DNA of 64,000 nucleotides from Octopus sinensis (GCF_006345805.1 NC_042997.1:59396001-59460000); one strand, 5' to 3'; positions 47,248 to 61,204 are shown, numbered from the stretch's first letter. Numbers and translations are program-made. The notes: generated by a model not told the origin, from the letters alone.

Positions 47248-49593
47248 GGAGGTTGGGCGACAGGTATACATAGCTAAGGGCGAAGCAGAAAAAAGTTTGC
47301 CAATGTCCAGCGATGTGAGGACCAAAGAACTGAAGTATTCTGGATTGCAAGACAGTGTGTGAGAGAAAATTGTGATGTCACAGGAGAGAAATGTGTCTGC
47401 ATGGATGATGGTGCACTGCTTTTAATGATTCGGAAAAGAAAGAGGCTTGGAGAAGCCATTATGAAAGACTGCTGAACGTGGAGAATGAATGGAAGGAGGA
47501 GAGCCTGTTAAATGTTGATCCAGTAGAGAGGCCAGCTATCCAAATAGACAGCACCCAGGTAGATAAAGCAATTAAGGGTATGAAGTCAGAAAAAGCTCCC
47601 GGGCCATCAGGAATCACCGCTGGGATGCTTAAAACATCCGGTGGTGTGGGCTATAGCCTAGTCACCCGTATTGTAAACCAGGTAGTTGATGATAGAGTCA
47701 TACCCAATGACTGGCACAGCAGCACCATAGTCAACTGCTACAAAGGTAAAGGTGGTGCTTTAGATAGAAATAACTACAGGGGTATCAAACTGCTGGATCA
47801 GGTGATGAAGGGAGAGAGTCTGCTTAGATGAGATGCAGTTCAGTTTTGTGAACCACTGATGCTATATTCCTGGTACAGCAACTGCAGGAGAAATACCTAG
47901 CCAAAGATAAACCCCTATATTTGGCTTTTGTGGACATGGAGAAAGCCTTTAACAGGGTCCCTCGATCCCTTATGTGGTGGGTGATGTGGAAACTGGGGAT
48001 TGATGAATGGTTAATAAGGGCTGTACAGGCCCTATACAGAGATGCTGTTAGTAGGGTTAGGATTGGAAATGAGTATAGTGAAGAATTCCAGGTAGAAGTA
48101 TGGGTCCAAGGATCAGCCCTCAGCCCCTTCTTATTCATTATTGTCCACCAGGCAATAACAGAGGAATTCAAGACAGGTTGCCCCTGGGAGCTCCTCTATG
48201 CTGATGACCTGGCCCTCATAGCAGAATCACTACCAGAACTAGAGAAGAAACTTCAAGTGTGGAAGCAAGGTTTAGAATCGAAGAGCCTTAGAGTCAATGT
48301 TGCAAAGACCAAAGTTCTAGTAAGTAGGAAGGCGAACACATCACACACCCCTTCAGGTAGGTGGCCCTGCTCGATCTGTAGAGAAGGTGTAGGTAGAAAC
48401 TCCATAAGATGTACCCAGTGTAAACTATGGACACATAAGAGGTGCAGCAACATCAAAGGAAGATTAACAGGGAAGATAGTTTTCATGTGCAGCAGATGCT
48501 CAGAAAACAGACTCCATCACATGCCAGGAGGAGAAACTAGAAGTAGTTGATAGCTTCCGCTACCTAGGTGACCAAGTCTGTAGTGAGGGTGGATGCTCAG
48601 AGAGTGTTAGCACTAGAATAAGAATAGCCTGGGCAAAGTTCAGAAAGCTTCTACCCCTACTGGTGACAAAGGGCCTATTGCTCAGAGTGAAAGGCAGATT
48701 GTATGATGCATGTGTGCGAAATGCCATGCTTCATGGCAGTGAAAGATGTGCCGTGACTGCTGAATACATGCGTAGGCTCAAAAGAAATGAAGCCAGCATG
48801 ATCTGAAAGATGTGTAATGTCAGTATGCACACATGACAGAGTGTAAGCACCCTGAGATAAATGTTAGACATGAGAAGCATAGGATGTGGAGTGCAAGAGA
48901 GATGTTTGCGTTGGTATGGTCATGTACGGCAGATGGACGAGGAGAGCTGTGTGAAGAAGTGCCACTCCCAAACAGTGGAAGGAATCTGGGGTAGAGGGAG
49001 ACCCAGGAAGACATGGGATGAGGTGGTGAAGTATGACCTTCAAACATTGGGCCTCACAGAGGCAATGACAAAAGACTGAGACCTCTGGATTTATGCTGTG
49101 ACTGAGAAGACTCAGCAAATAAAGTGAGTCCACATCTGTAACCTACACCAGTGTCACATAACCAGCCCACTCAAAAGTACCTTGGATTATAGGGAGACAT
49201 GCTGTACTTGAGGAAGCCTATTGACTCAAGTACATCTACATCAATATCAAAATCAAATCAAATGGAAATTGTAGTATGACCCCCGTGCTGGTAGCATGTA
49301 AAAAGCACCATCTGAATGTGGCTGAAGGCAGTGCCACTTTGACTGGCCGTTGGTATGTAAAAAGCACCATCCAATCATGGTCAATGCTAGCTCCTTTGGC
49401 CCATGTTGGTAGCACATAAAAAGCACCCACTACACTCTTGGAGTGGTTGGTGTTAAGAAGGGCATTCAGCTGTAGAAACACTGCCAGATCAGACAGGGGC
49501 CTGGTGCAGCCTCCTGGCTTCCCAGACCCTGTTGAGCCGTCCAACCCATGCTAGCATAGAAAATGGACGTTAAACGAAGACGATGATGATGAT
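47248..49593 (+). mobile_element. RTE-clade LINE, 5'-truncated, disrupted RT
   Basis: KAPGPSGI, YRGIKLL, AFVDMEKAF, LLYADDL and LRWYGHV. (GAT)n tail. Same family as 8507-10296. Confidence 0.95.
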
Positions 49594-49630
49594 ATACATA
49601 CATACATACACACAGACACACACACACACA

Positions 49631-49667
<37 letters not shown>

Positions 49668-49718
49668 TCATCATCATCATCGTTTAACGTCCGTTTTCCG
49701 TGCTAGCACGGGTTGGAC

Positions 49719-49754
<36 letters not shown>

Positions 49755-49997
49755 CATACATACACAGATATACACACACACACACATATATATATATATA
49801 TGTGTATATATATATACAGACACAGATATATATATATATACATACATACACACACACATATATATATATACATACATACACACACACACACATATATATA
49901 TACATACACACACACACATATATACATACATACACAGATATATATATATATATACATATATATAGATATATAGATATATATATATATATATAAACAT

Positions 49998-50030
<33 letters not shown>

Positions 50031-50145
50031 CATACATGCACATATATATATATATATATATATAGATAGATGCATACATATATACATACACACACAGAAA
50101 TACATATAGATACATACACACAAATTTATATATATACATACACAC

Positions 50146-50185
<40 letters not shown>
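49594..50185. repeat. Long compound microsatellite containing a 55-bp RTE tail (49666-49720, minus)
   Basis: Seen directly. CATCATCATCGTTTAACGTCCGTTTTCC. Confidence 0.9.
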
Positions 50186-50189
<4 letters not shown>

Positions 50190-50576
50190 CTGTGTGTATG
50201 TGTTTATATATATACAAACACATACACAAATACATTCACACATACATACATTTGGTACACTCCTCTGTTGTAGATGACAGATGAGGGTTCTGTAATTCTT
50301 GCTGAACAACCTACACAGATGATTTGTTTATAGTGATCAAATGTTTGCCCTGCACATGAGCTCATTCCCTTCATCAGTCAACATTGTCTGTACAGGTGTG
50401 TTGTGTGCCACATGTCAGACGTTGAAGTGATCGCAGAGCAACATGAAATAAAACAAAGTGTTTTTCTGAAAAACATAAATTACTGCCTGCTCTAGTAAAA
50501 TCAAGATCATGTTCTTTCAATCATGAATGCAACACTAAGTACTAGGCCATACATGTGTGTATACAAATATATATGC

Positions 50577-50647
<71 letters not shown>

Positions 50648-51049
50648 TATATGTATGTATCTGTGTGTATGTGTTTATATATATACAAACACATACACAA
50701 ATACATTCACACATACATACATTTGGTACACTCCTCTGTTGTAGATGACAGATGAGGGTTCTGTAATTTCTTGCTGAACAACCTACACAGATGATTTGTT
50801 TATAGTGATCAAATGTTTGCCCTGCACATGAGCTCATTCCCTTCATCAAGTCAACATTGTCTGTACAGGTGTGTTGTGTGCCACATGTCAGACGTTGAAG
50901 TGATCGCAGAGCAACATGAAATAAAACAAAGTGTTTTTCTGAAAAACATAAATTACTGCCTGCTCTAGTAAAATCAAGATCATGTTCTTTCAATCATGAA
51001 TGCAACACTAAGTACTAGGCCATACATGTGTGTATACAAATATATATGC

Positions 51050-51126
<77 letters not shown>
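50186..51126. repeat. Near-perfect ~470-bp tandem duplication containing SINE family D (minus)
   Basis: Copies start near 50186 and 50657 and are bounded by (TG)n(TA)n. Confidence 0.92.
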
Positions 51127-51231
51127 GACCATCCCCAAGTATAACAGTACACAAGCATATATATATGAATATGTCCAATCATGCCAACAATGAAAATGGG
51201 CGCTAAATGATGATGATGATGACATACACAC

Positions 51232-51612
51232 ATATAAACAATTTATTATAAATAAAACCAAGAGTGCAATGCGTTCCATTAATTAACAAGTTAAAAAATG
51301 TATAGTAAATTCACAAACAAACAGAAAACAGCCACAGAATGGCAAATCTCATGTCAGTTGCCATCAGAAGAGTAACAATATTATTGTTAAAGGCACGAAA
51401 TTGCCTTTTGACCCTTTAGCCGATAATTGGTGAGGAGTTGGTGACCTTCTGTGTTTGTTTTTCTGTTCATCTGTTCATTTACTATGTGTTTTTCAACTTG
51501 CCATTTTATGTCTGTTTCCATTCGTTTGTGCATTTACTATACATTTTTTTAACTTATTAATAAACAGAATGCATTGCACCTTAGGTTTTATTTACAGTAA
51601 GTTGTTTATATA
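51232..51612. mobile_element. MITE with ~115-bp imperfect TIRs
   Basis: TAAACAATTTATTATAAATAAAACC...AAAAAATGTATAGTAAAT versus ATTTACTATACATTTTTT...GGTTTTATTTACAGTAAGTTGTTTA. Confidence 0.75.
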
Positions 51613-51654
51613 TTCATGCAACTTCTATTTCTATCCTTTCTTCTTTATTCCTTT

Positions 51655-52085
51655 TGTAACAGGATGAGAGATCCCTGCACTGGATGATTGCAGCTCGCAT
51701 CCTTTACATTAAATATTAATCGAAGAAAGAGTCAAGACTTCCGATTAACTTCAACAGTATAAATATTTACTTCCGGATTCGCAATATAAACATTTCCTTC
51801 CTCTGGGCGACTCGGCAGCCTAGGAGCTTATTGGCAGTAGACAAGTGGAGTGAGTTAATCCTGCTCGTTCAAGCATAGCGGAGAAGCGCCATGAGGTAGC
51901 AGCTCGAGAGAGCTGATGCAGACACGTCTGTCTTGTTCAGTTGCTGGCATCCAAGAGAGCGATACTAGAGAATTTTGCTGCGGCTAGTTTTCTGCGCATG
52001 CGCATGAGGGAACTTCCGGCAGGCCTCTCGGAAGGCTCAAACCCTGCACATGCATGCTGGAGATTTCCAAGATGGCGTCACAACA
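51655..52085 (-). mobile_element. Solo LTR, Gypsy-like
   Basis: TGT...ACA termini with a 4-bp TSD CTTT (51651-51654 and 52086-52089). CpG-rich. Orientation inferred. Confidence 0.75.
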
Positions 52086-52444
52086 CTTTTTTTTCTCTGT
52101 TTCATTCTCTTTCTCCTCTACCCTCTGTCCGCTACCTTTTTCCTCCTTTCTACCACTGACACGTGACCCATGGTCAACCTCTTTTTTTTTTCTCTCTTTA
52201 TCCTTCCTCTTTTCCTCTTTTACACAGGCTTCTGAAGCAAATGGTCATAGATTCTCTAGTCTCCACTTCAACCTGTTTTACTGTCTGTTACCCTTCTGTT
52301 TCCAATCCTTTAAGACTTCCCTCTTAGCATTAGCCATACATCATCTTCATCTAGCTCTAAGGTTACATTCTGTTTATCTATTTATTTCATTTTTGTCCTT
52401 CATCTGTTCACTTAGAGAATAATGCTCCATCTTTATCAACAATA

Positions 52445-52750
52445 CAAAAGTGGGGTGCTGAATTTAGGAGGGGAAGGGAAAATCTTGAAGATGTTCCAAA
52501 GTCTGGACACCCTGCAACTACCACCACCAAAGAAAACATTGATCATGTTCACCACAAGGTGATGGACTACAGGCAGTTGACTATAAATCAAATAGCCAAT
52601 GCTATTAGCCTATCTCATGAGAGAGTTGAGGATATTCTGCACAACAAACTTGGCATCATGAAGGTTTCTGCTTGGTTGGTACCACGTATTCTGACACCTG
52701 ATGAACAGCACACCAGGCTAATCACATCACAGGAAAATCTGCCATTACTT
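52445..52750 (+). pseudogene. Mariner transposase HTH-region fragment
   Basis: EFRRGRENLEDVPKSGHP...RQLTINQIA...ILHNKLGIMKVSAWLVPRILT, including a WVPR-like linker. Confidence 0.85.
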
Positions 52751-52869
52751 GTTGATCCTACCTTAGCAGCACAGTAAACTACACACACACACACACACAC
52801 AGATTGAGAGAGTGAGATTCACACATGTCCTGCAATGTAAGGATCAGAGCCCTGAAGTGTTTAGGATTG

Positions 52870-53820
52870 TTAGGCAGTGTGTGAGAAAGAACTGAGATGA
52901 CAGTGTCGAGAAATATATTTGGAATGATAAAGGCATACCATTGATATGGAAGATGAGAAAGTGGCATGGGAGTCCTATTATGAGAAGCTGTTGAGAGTGG
53001 AAGATGCATGGGACAGAGGGAAGCTTCTTCATGCTGACCTTACAGAGGAAATTATAAAGGAATTAAATTAGTGGATAAGCTTATGAAGGTCATTAAGAGA
53101 GTTATAGTACAATTAATCTGTGACAGTAGATCTAGGTGAGATGCAGTTTGGCATCTCATCTAGAAGAGGTACTATGGATGCAATATTCCTAATGAGGCAA
53201 CTGAAGAAGTACTTGGCTAAGGGTAATCTACTATTCTTGGCATTTGTCGACTTGGTGAAGGCATTTGACAGGGTACCATATTCAGTAATTTGGTGGTCAC
53301 TAATGAATCTAGGTGTAGATGAATGGTGTGTGAGGTTTGTATAAGCCATGTACAAAGGTAAACTTGGCAAAGACAAAGGTTTTAGTATGTAGGAAATATA
53401 GGACCCTGGCCTCTGTGAAATGGCCCTGCTCAATATGCAGAAAGAGAGTTGGCATAAGCGCCATATGCTATAACTATTGTAAGCTATGGACATATAAGAG
53501 ATGTTGTGGAATCACAGACAGACTAATAGAGAATGTGCATTTCATATGTGATAGATGCACTGGAGCAGGACATACAATAAGCACACTGGAAATAGATTAT
53601 TTTAAATGCCCTGATGACTCACTAAAAGTAGCTGATAGCTTTTGTTACTGAGGAAGTGCAGTTAGCTAGGAGGTGGGTGCTCTAAAAGTATAGCAACCAG
53701 GATAAGAACAAGCTGGGAGGAAATTCAGGGAGCTACTAATGCTGCTGGCAATGAAGGTCTTATCTCTCAGAGTGAAGGCAGATTGTATGACACATGTTTT
53801 AGAACTGCAATGCTGCATGC
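52870..53820 (+). mobile_element. Old RTE LINE internal fragments
   Basis: EMQFG...GTMDAIFL...AFVDLVKAFDRVP and the WPCSIC...CDRC Cys cluster. Confidence 0.85.
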
Positions 53821-54501
53821 CTCTCTCTGACTAATGTGCTTGTCAGATAGATAGGTGGATAAGGTGGTTAACTGGTTTCCTCAAATGTGTGTTGCAAATT
53901 GTTTGATCAGTTGCATCACAGAACTCCAGGAGCCATACACCCTCATCATTGTTGGCTCCATATCCATAGCCTCCATGTATGTCATGGAGGCCACAGTGTG
54001 TTGGTCAACATGACCTTGAAGTTGCAGTCAATTGTCACTGAGGTAGTTTGTAAAAGACGTCCTCTGTCAATCCTGCCTGTGGGGCATATGTAGAGATAAC
54101 TATCACTGCTGAGTTGCTTATAATTAGTTTTTACTTCATTATCTTATCACACACCCTGATTATCTCAACTTCTTTTTCTATCCATTTATCAGCTCAGAGC
54201 ATACCTACTCTACTCTTACTGTCATTATTACTTCCCCAGAAAAATTGCTGTCATTTGCTTGTGAAGTATTTAGTTGAGGATCCTTTCAACTTACCTCTTG
54301 CACACATTCACTCATCTCTGCTCCAGTATTTCCACAATCTCATCAGACCTATCTTTCATCATGTCTAAGTTTATGGCTAAGCTCAAAAGTTTTTCAATCC
54401 ACAGGAAGATGGAATGAATTTTCAGTGGGAAGGCTGTTTGTTAGTTGCTTTATAACTCTATAATGATGTCTGTATCTGTGAGGAATAAGAATGGTTGTAC
54501 C

Positions 54502-55260
54502 CAGAGCTGGGCATAAGTCCATTAATCCGTTAATTGTTAATTAATGAAGTTAACATTTTCGTTAATGATTTAACTTTTAAGTTAATTTTGAAAATCATTA
54601 TTGGACTAATTAACTCCCGTTACATTTAGCTTCCATTAACTCAAGTCTGTTAACCCAAAAATTTCATGAAAACTGGTAAATGTTTAAAAGTTTTTATTGT
54701 TTTCAGATTGTCTTAGCATATTTAATATTGTATGTATCATTCTTTCAACCCCAATATAATGCCACCTATTATTATTAATAACTTGTAGGACCTTGTTTGG
54801 CCCTGCCTGGATTTGAAACCAAATCCACCCAGTTGTTGCTTGCAAAGACAGCAGGAAATTTCTTTTTCCTGTCAAGAGGGAACAGTGATTGATCCATGAC
54901 CTTGCTGTGTCACAGAGAGTTCATATGGACAGCAAGTGACCTACATTAGTATAAACTATGCATATAATGGTATAGCCATCTTTCTAGCTGGAATTTAATT
55001 ATTATAAATGCCAGTACTCTGTAAGCGAGAAATCAGAGAGAATCTTGACAGACACAATGTGAATGAGGTAGCAGTTTGAGGAAGTGGGCAGCAACAACGA
55101 AGAGGTGGAGGATGACTCCTTCAGTGGTATCACCCAACAAAAAGAGAGCCGAAGCCACAGGTCACTGAAGGACAAGGCCCAGAATTTAGTAAAGACCTAT
55201 TTGGTTAATGGATTAATGATTAATGAAGTAAAATTTTTCAATTAACGGTGCCCACCTCTG
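54502..55260. mobile_element. Non-autonomous hAT element
   Basis: TIRs CAGAGCTGGGCA / TGCCCACCTCTG. Perfect 8-bp TSD GTTGTACC (54494-54501, 55261-55268). Subterminal (GTTAA) repeats. Confidence 0.9.
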
Positions 55261-55555
55261 GTTGTACCATGGTTTTCTGGCAATTAGTAAATTTACACAC
55301 ACTATTATATTTTGCTCTCATTTAATTTACCATCCTTTATTCGTTCATCAATACTTGCTGCATCTGCCACTAGAAGTGTAATTTACAACTATTACGAATA
55401 AGCATTCTTAATTTTTTAAACATTACCACTATTAGGGATGTTAAGGTTATGTCTACAGATATTTAAAGCCAGCACTGATTTTTATTACAGAATATCTGTA
55501 GAAATAACCTTAACAAGTGATGTAAAGTACACTGCTAACACAGTAAAACATGGTA

Positions 55556-56600
55556 TCTCTTATTATAAAAGGCAGATTTTATCTGCCTCCCTTTGTCTCT
55601 TATAGAAATCTACAATATAGGATTTCTTCAATTACAATTTACCTAGCATTTTTAAGAGTAGAATGCATCGGGTCATGCCAGGTCCAGTTTTTAAAATTTC
55701 AACCCCAATTAAGCAAAATTTAGAGAAAACTCACATTGTGGTGTGTGAGTCAAGTGCTTTTCTTAGTATGGGCTATAGCACACACACACACACACACAAA
55801 AAGGGAGCGATCTGATTCACTCATGCTATCACTCTAATTTCTACGACTTTCTCTTTGCAAGTTTGCAACGATTAAAGTGAAACTATTTCGATAAAACGAG
55901 AAGTGTACCTTAAACCACTACTAAAAAAAAAAAAAAACACAGCAAACAGAAACAAATAAATACATAACGATTTACTCTTCACACAATTTCTTCAATTAGA
56001 GTTTACCCATGATTTTTCAAAGTACTTCCATTGGGTCATGCCATACAAAATTTCTTTCAATTTTACCCCCAATTCAGACAAAATTTGAGAAAACTCAATA
56101 TTTTAACATTTCACTCCGAAAGCATTGATGTACATGTGTGCGTGCGTGAGTGTGTGTGTGTGTCATTCCTCACACACACGCATACACATACATATATGAC
56201 AGTGACAAACACAAACGTTTCAAACAACTACATACAAACACGTGTGTGTTTGTTATTAGTAAAAAAGGCACCAAAACACAACTCACTTCTCATTCCAACA
56301 CATTTGCAAAGACACACGGACGGTCGAAATGCTATAACAATACAGAAAAGGTAAATTGGTTTTTATTTTACTTTCTGTCGTTAAATTTTGGGAGTATTAA
56401 TTGGAGAGCCGAGCTTGCAGTATGAAACAGTGTTTATGTATAAACAGACGACACTTATATATAGTTATTAATAAATGTATGCATCCGTTTAAAAGAAAAA
56501 CCCAAAAATATTTTATTCTTTATAAATGTTGTGTTCAAAATAACATTTTCTTTTAAGAATGTGTATATAACAAAGTATGTGTATATAACTATGTGGCTTA
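55556..56600 (+). mobile_element. Probable Helitron 5' portion, family H3
   Basis: A|TCTCTTATTATAAAAG start like the other Helitrons. Internal repeat ACCCCAATT...AAAATTT.AGAAAACTCA at ~55702 and ~56066. No CTAG end of its own found. Confidence 0.5.
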
Positions 56601-56602
56601 TA

Positions 56603-57126
56603 TCTTCTATATATATATATAAAACTGTAGTTGTGTGAGTGTCTGTCTCCTACGATTTAGATTCCTAACTCCTCCCACATTTTGCGGTGCAGTTTAACCA
56701 AATTCGGGTATCTTATAGTCGTGATTAATATCGAGCCCGTCTGGCTATTAGCGCGCGTCTACGATGAGTCTACGATTTTAAAAATAATTTAACATCATTT
56801 TTTATTCCATTTTAATGCATAATTTTTCGTGTGTTGATGGCGGCGGAGTTGGCATCCACGCTCAAACACCTGCACCTGTGTTTGCTTCTCCTCCTTCTTC
56901 CCTCCCTCGTGAAGCTGTGGGGAAGGGATTTTAAGGAAATCAACGTCGTAATGCGTTGTCAAGGAGACCAGCGTTCTTTTAGAACAACGACTTCATGGCT
57001 TGAAGACACCAAAACAGAAATGGCTAAGAAAGCCCGAATTGGCATCTATAAGGGAAGTAACTCTCTAAAAATGCTTATATAGTTATTTCCCTTACAAACC
57101 CGAGCAACGCCAGACAATACTGCTAG
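56603..57126 (+). mobile_element. Non-autonomous Helitron H1
   Basis: Near-identical reverse complement of 1497-2014. Ends GCTAG. Confidence 0.88.
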
Positions 57127-57520
57127 TTATATATAAAAGTGAAGTTGTGTGTCTGTCTCCTACGATTTAGATTCCTAACTACTCCCACATTTTGTGGTGC
57201 AGTGTAACCAAAACCGGGTATCTTATAGTCGTGATTCATATCGAGCCCTTCTGGGTATTAGCGTGCGTCTACGATGAGTCTACGATTTAAAAAAAATTTA
57301 CCATCATATTTTTCCATTTTAATGCATTTTTTTCGCTATTATGTAAGGGAAGTAACTCTCTAAAAATATCTACGATGTATCAACGATTTAAAAAAAATTT
57401 ACCTTAATTTTTTTTCCATTTTTAATGCATTTTTTTGCTATTTTTTGGCTATAACTCTCTAAAAATGCTTATATAGTTATTTCCCTTACAAACCCGAGCA
57501 ACGCCGGGCGATACTGCTAG
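57127..57520 (+). mobile_element. Non-autonomous Helitron H1-related shorter variant, head-to-tail with the previous copy
   Basis: Same 5' and 3' ends, lacks the central GC-rich part, ends CCGGGCGATACTGCTAG|T. Confidence 0.85.
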
Positions 57521-59015
57521 TTGACTTATAAAAGCTTTGAATATACTTTATAGTATATTATAGTTGCATAATAAAATACCACATCCCTAAAAGTCATTAA
57601 CTGTTAGTGGTGTTTGCTATATCTTTTTATTACTATGCTGATATAAGGGAAACAGTTGGGCAAGAGAGAAAAGAAAGATTTCCAGTAGAAGTGGTTGGAA
57701 TGGAAATGAGTGGGCACATTGTGATCAAACAAGCTGAAGACATTCATGAGTGAGATGAAATAGTCAAATGCAAACTGCAAATTTCCATGGGAGAATGAAA
57801 TATTTAAACTTTTCTGAGAGAGACAAAATATTAAAGAATACAGCAGGTGAGCAACTATTTTTATGAGAGAAAGAAACATTAATAAAAGGAAGAAACAGGA
57901 CTACGTAAGATTAAAGGAGACAAAGGTGTCTATGGCACATTAGAATGCAAGATAGTATGTGAATAAATGGCAGAAATTAAAGCTAGGTAAACAGAGATTG
58001 TTATATATTTATATATGTGTGTGTGTGTGTGTGCATATATATAAATATATATATAGTCACTATGAGGATATTTAGACCTCTTACAGGGATATTTGATGAA
58101 ACAGTTGTTGGTGAAAATGTTAATTAATAAATTAACTTGTATCCACTGGATCTGTCTGTTTTCAAACTTTATATATGTGTGTGTGTGTGTGTGAATGTGT
58201 GTGTATGCATGTGTGTATGTGCATAAATATATGTCGTGTGTGTGTGTGTGTGTGCATACACACACATTGAAAATATAACATTGCTATTATGTTAAACTAT
58301 CATATATCCAAATCTAGCTAAATGTGTTTTTTTTTCAATATTTACTTTTGTATACAAATAGCCAGTTCTTTTAGTCAAATTATTGTATCTCCAGCTGCTT
58401 CAGATGCCAAGATATGAAAATTGTCAAAGTGTAGTACAATGGTTTTGCTATGGAATGGTGGAGCTATTTTCTCGTTTTCTGAAAAAGCAACATTTTGGAC
58501 TTACAACACTTTTGCATAATATCAACGATAACAATTGAAGCAGGATGCCAAAAAGTATCAGTGTGGGCTCAAGGAGAAGAGAAAATCTGTAAGACTAAAT
58601 GTTATTTATCTCAACTATTTCCAATGACTAGTCAGATTAAAGATTTAGACAAAGAGAAGACATGGAGTAGGGAGTAGAGATTATAAGAATGTAAGACGAA
58701 CAATAAAGAAACTCAGTCATAATTACCGTCAATGAGCAGGAATGTCAACTACTGAAACTTAACAAAATGCTTCATGTATTTCTGAATATACTTATGGTTT
58801 TGTTCGTCATTTCAGCTCACCACTAACTACCAATGTAACACAACACAATATAATTATGTCCAGATGGTAGATGGTGTCAGATGAATATATTAAAACCTAC
58901 GAAACATGCAAACTGAAACCAACTCATGTGATTATGTTAGCATTTTGGATTATCATGTCTTTAGTTTTGAGTCTTAATTTAACAATGTCAAGCTGACACA
59001 TGAAAATATTGGAAC

Positions 59016-59241
59016 CACCTTTCGTTACTCAATTTGTTTTGAGATGTTCTGTGTTTCTTTCAATTATTTTAAATATAACAAAGAATTTAATAAAATAACT
59101 TAGTTATCATTAAGCTAGTGATAGGAACATAAATTGTGACTAAGGTTTGGTGGAAGATTTTAATTCAGAACTTTTGAAAACAAGACATTTGTACTACAGA
59201 GCCAGAGCTGGTTTCAGCCAGGTTGGTAAGGAAAGGGTTAA
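59016..59241. mobile_element. piggyBac-like MITE (decayed)
   Basis: CCTTTCGTTAC at left versus GTAAGGAAAGGG-TTAA at right. Left TTAA not preserved. Confidence 0.5.
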
Positions 59242-60639
59242 ATAACTGATCTTGGTTAGAATTTCCAGGAATGAATTTTCAGTTGTTCAGTTAACTGAAC
59301 TACCAGCTCATTGAATTAGTCAGTGGCTGAGTATTCTCCGGACAAATGTACCCTTAACGTAATCTTCAGGTAGAATCAGCATGATTGATATATAACAGGC
59401 ATGAGTAATTTTTTTGCAAGAAGTGAGCCACATAAAGACATGACCACACTACTAAAAAAAACTGAAGGTAATTTTTCATTAAATGTGCCATTCAGAAACT
59501 CAGATGGACCAGGGTGCCCTTGATTGGTATATAACAAACTATTGCTGCACATCTATAACCAATATATATTTCTAGGTGGTAAATAATGTGTGTGTGTGTG
59601 CATACATATGGTTTTAATAAATTGAGGCTTATGTGACATGACTAAAGATGTCAGGCCCTTTGGTGTTTTTAGACATTTTAAATCTGCAAATGATCTTATT
59701 ACAAGGCTTAAATTATGTTCTTTAATTCTTTTACTGGCTTCTGTCATTGGATGCTGCTTTGCTGAGGCACTGCATTCAAGGATTTTTAGTTAACTGACCC
59801 TCATCACCAAGTCATTATTTTAGTTTGGTTCTTATTTGGTCTATCTCTATTGCCGTTTGATGTAAAAGGACACAACTCGATGTATTTATACATCAGTATA
59901 TGCAGATACATATATACCTGCCTGTATACATGAATACATACATACAGAAAAAGGCTCCAGCATAGTTTCCATCTATCAAATTCTACCACAAGGTACTGGT
60001 CTATTCACAAAGTGAACAGAAAAAAAATCACAGGAAAAGATATCACAAAAAAAAATTAAATAAATAAGTCAATTTTGGCTGGCTGATTAACAGTCACAAG
60101 GAAAATGGCCGCACATAGTATTATAAGTCACTTATTAACTCATTAACTTACAACAAATTACTTTTCTGCAATTATGACACATACATGAAAAACAATAAGG
60201 CCTTTATCCAATAAAATAAAGCATAAAAAGAACATTTGTAACAGGAATTCTTTCCATGATACATTTTCTGTGACCTTTTCTTCTTCTTCCTAGGTTCTTA
60301 GTTAACTCATGGTTGCATTAGAACAAACCAGCTCAAAGTACTGAAAAGAGAGATCTTGGAAGTAGAAAAAAATGGATGCACTTCTTCACCACACAGCTAT
60401 ACCTGCACCTATGTTGCTGTCTTGTTTATACTTTAAATTCATTAAGCTCATCTGCCTTTATAGTGTATTATGTAATTATTTCACTCATCTCTGATAAAAC
60501 TACTGAAAGTAATAGTTTCCGAAGGGTTAGGTGATGCTGAGTTAGTTACATGGAATGAAGAGTGGAGGAATATTTCCAATCTTAAGCAGTACAGTGATGA
60601 CTTTGGGTATGTTTCAATCACATTAAACTTCATCATAGG

Positions 60640-60965
60640 TACAGATATGGCTGTGTGGTAAGAAGTTTGCTTCCCAACCACATGGTTCTGGGCTCACTCC
60701 TGTTAAATGTGTCTTCTACTATAGTCCTGGGCCGACCAAAGCCTTGTGAGTAGATTTGGTAGACAGAAACTGAAAGTTGCCCTTTGTAAATGAGTGTGTG
60801 TCTGTGTCTTTGTGACTATGTTTGTACACACCACCACTTGAAAACCAGTATTGGTGTGTTTATGTCCCCATAGCTTAGCAGTTCAGCAAAAAGAGGCCAA
60901 TTAGTTTGACTAAAAATTCTTCAAGGCAGTGCTCCAGCATGGCCACAGTCTAATGACTGAAACAA
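60640..60965 (+). mobile_element. SINE family A, CpG-decayed
   Basis: Collinear with family A. Confidence 0.85.
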
Positions 60966-61204
60966 AAAAGTATAATCTAATCATAAATTCAAATATCTTT
61001 GAATGGTTATTGTTGTAAGATCTAATCCAGCTTAGATAAAGTAGAACCATTGTCATGATTATCTGAGTTGTGACTGTGTAGATTTACCTTTTTAAAAAGA
61101 AAGGATGAATCTGGAAAATGTTAAAAATAAAAAAGCTATAAGATGTGGTAATGCTGCTACCCCTAGCAGATCAAGCAGCCACATTGAATCAACTTCACAC
61201 ACTT

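Noticed and set aside
49677-50309. Long ORFs rich in YI/CV/HT repeats (also near 13.5, 15.8, 17.2, 24.5 and 46.7 kb)
   Set aside because: Read-through of stop-free microsatellites, not proteins.
56831-57082. Twin 83-aa ORF also at 1541-1792, resembling a duplicated small gene
   Set aside because: Lies inside near-identical non-autonomous Helitron copies, has a non-ATG start and no recognisable domain.
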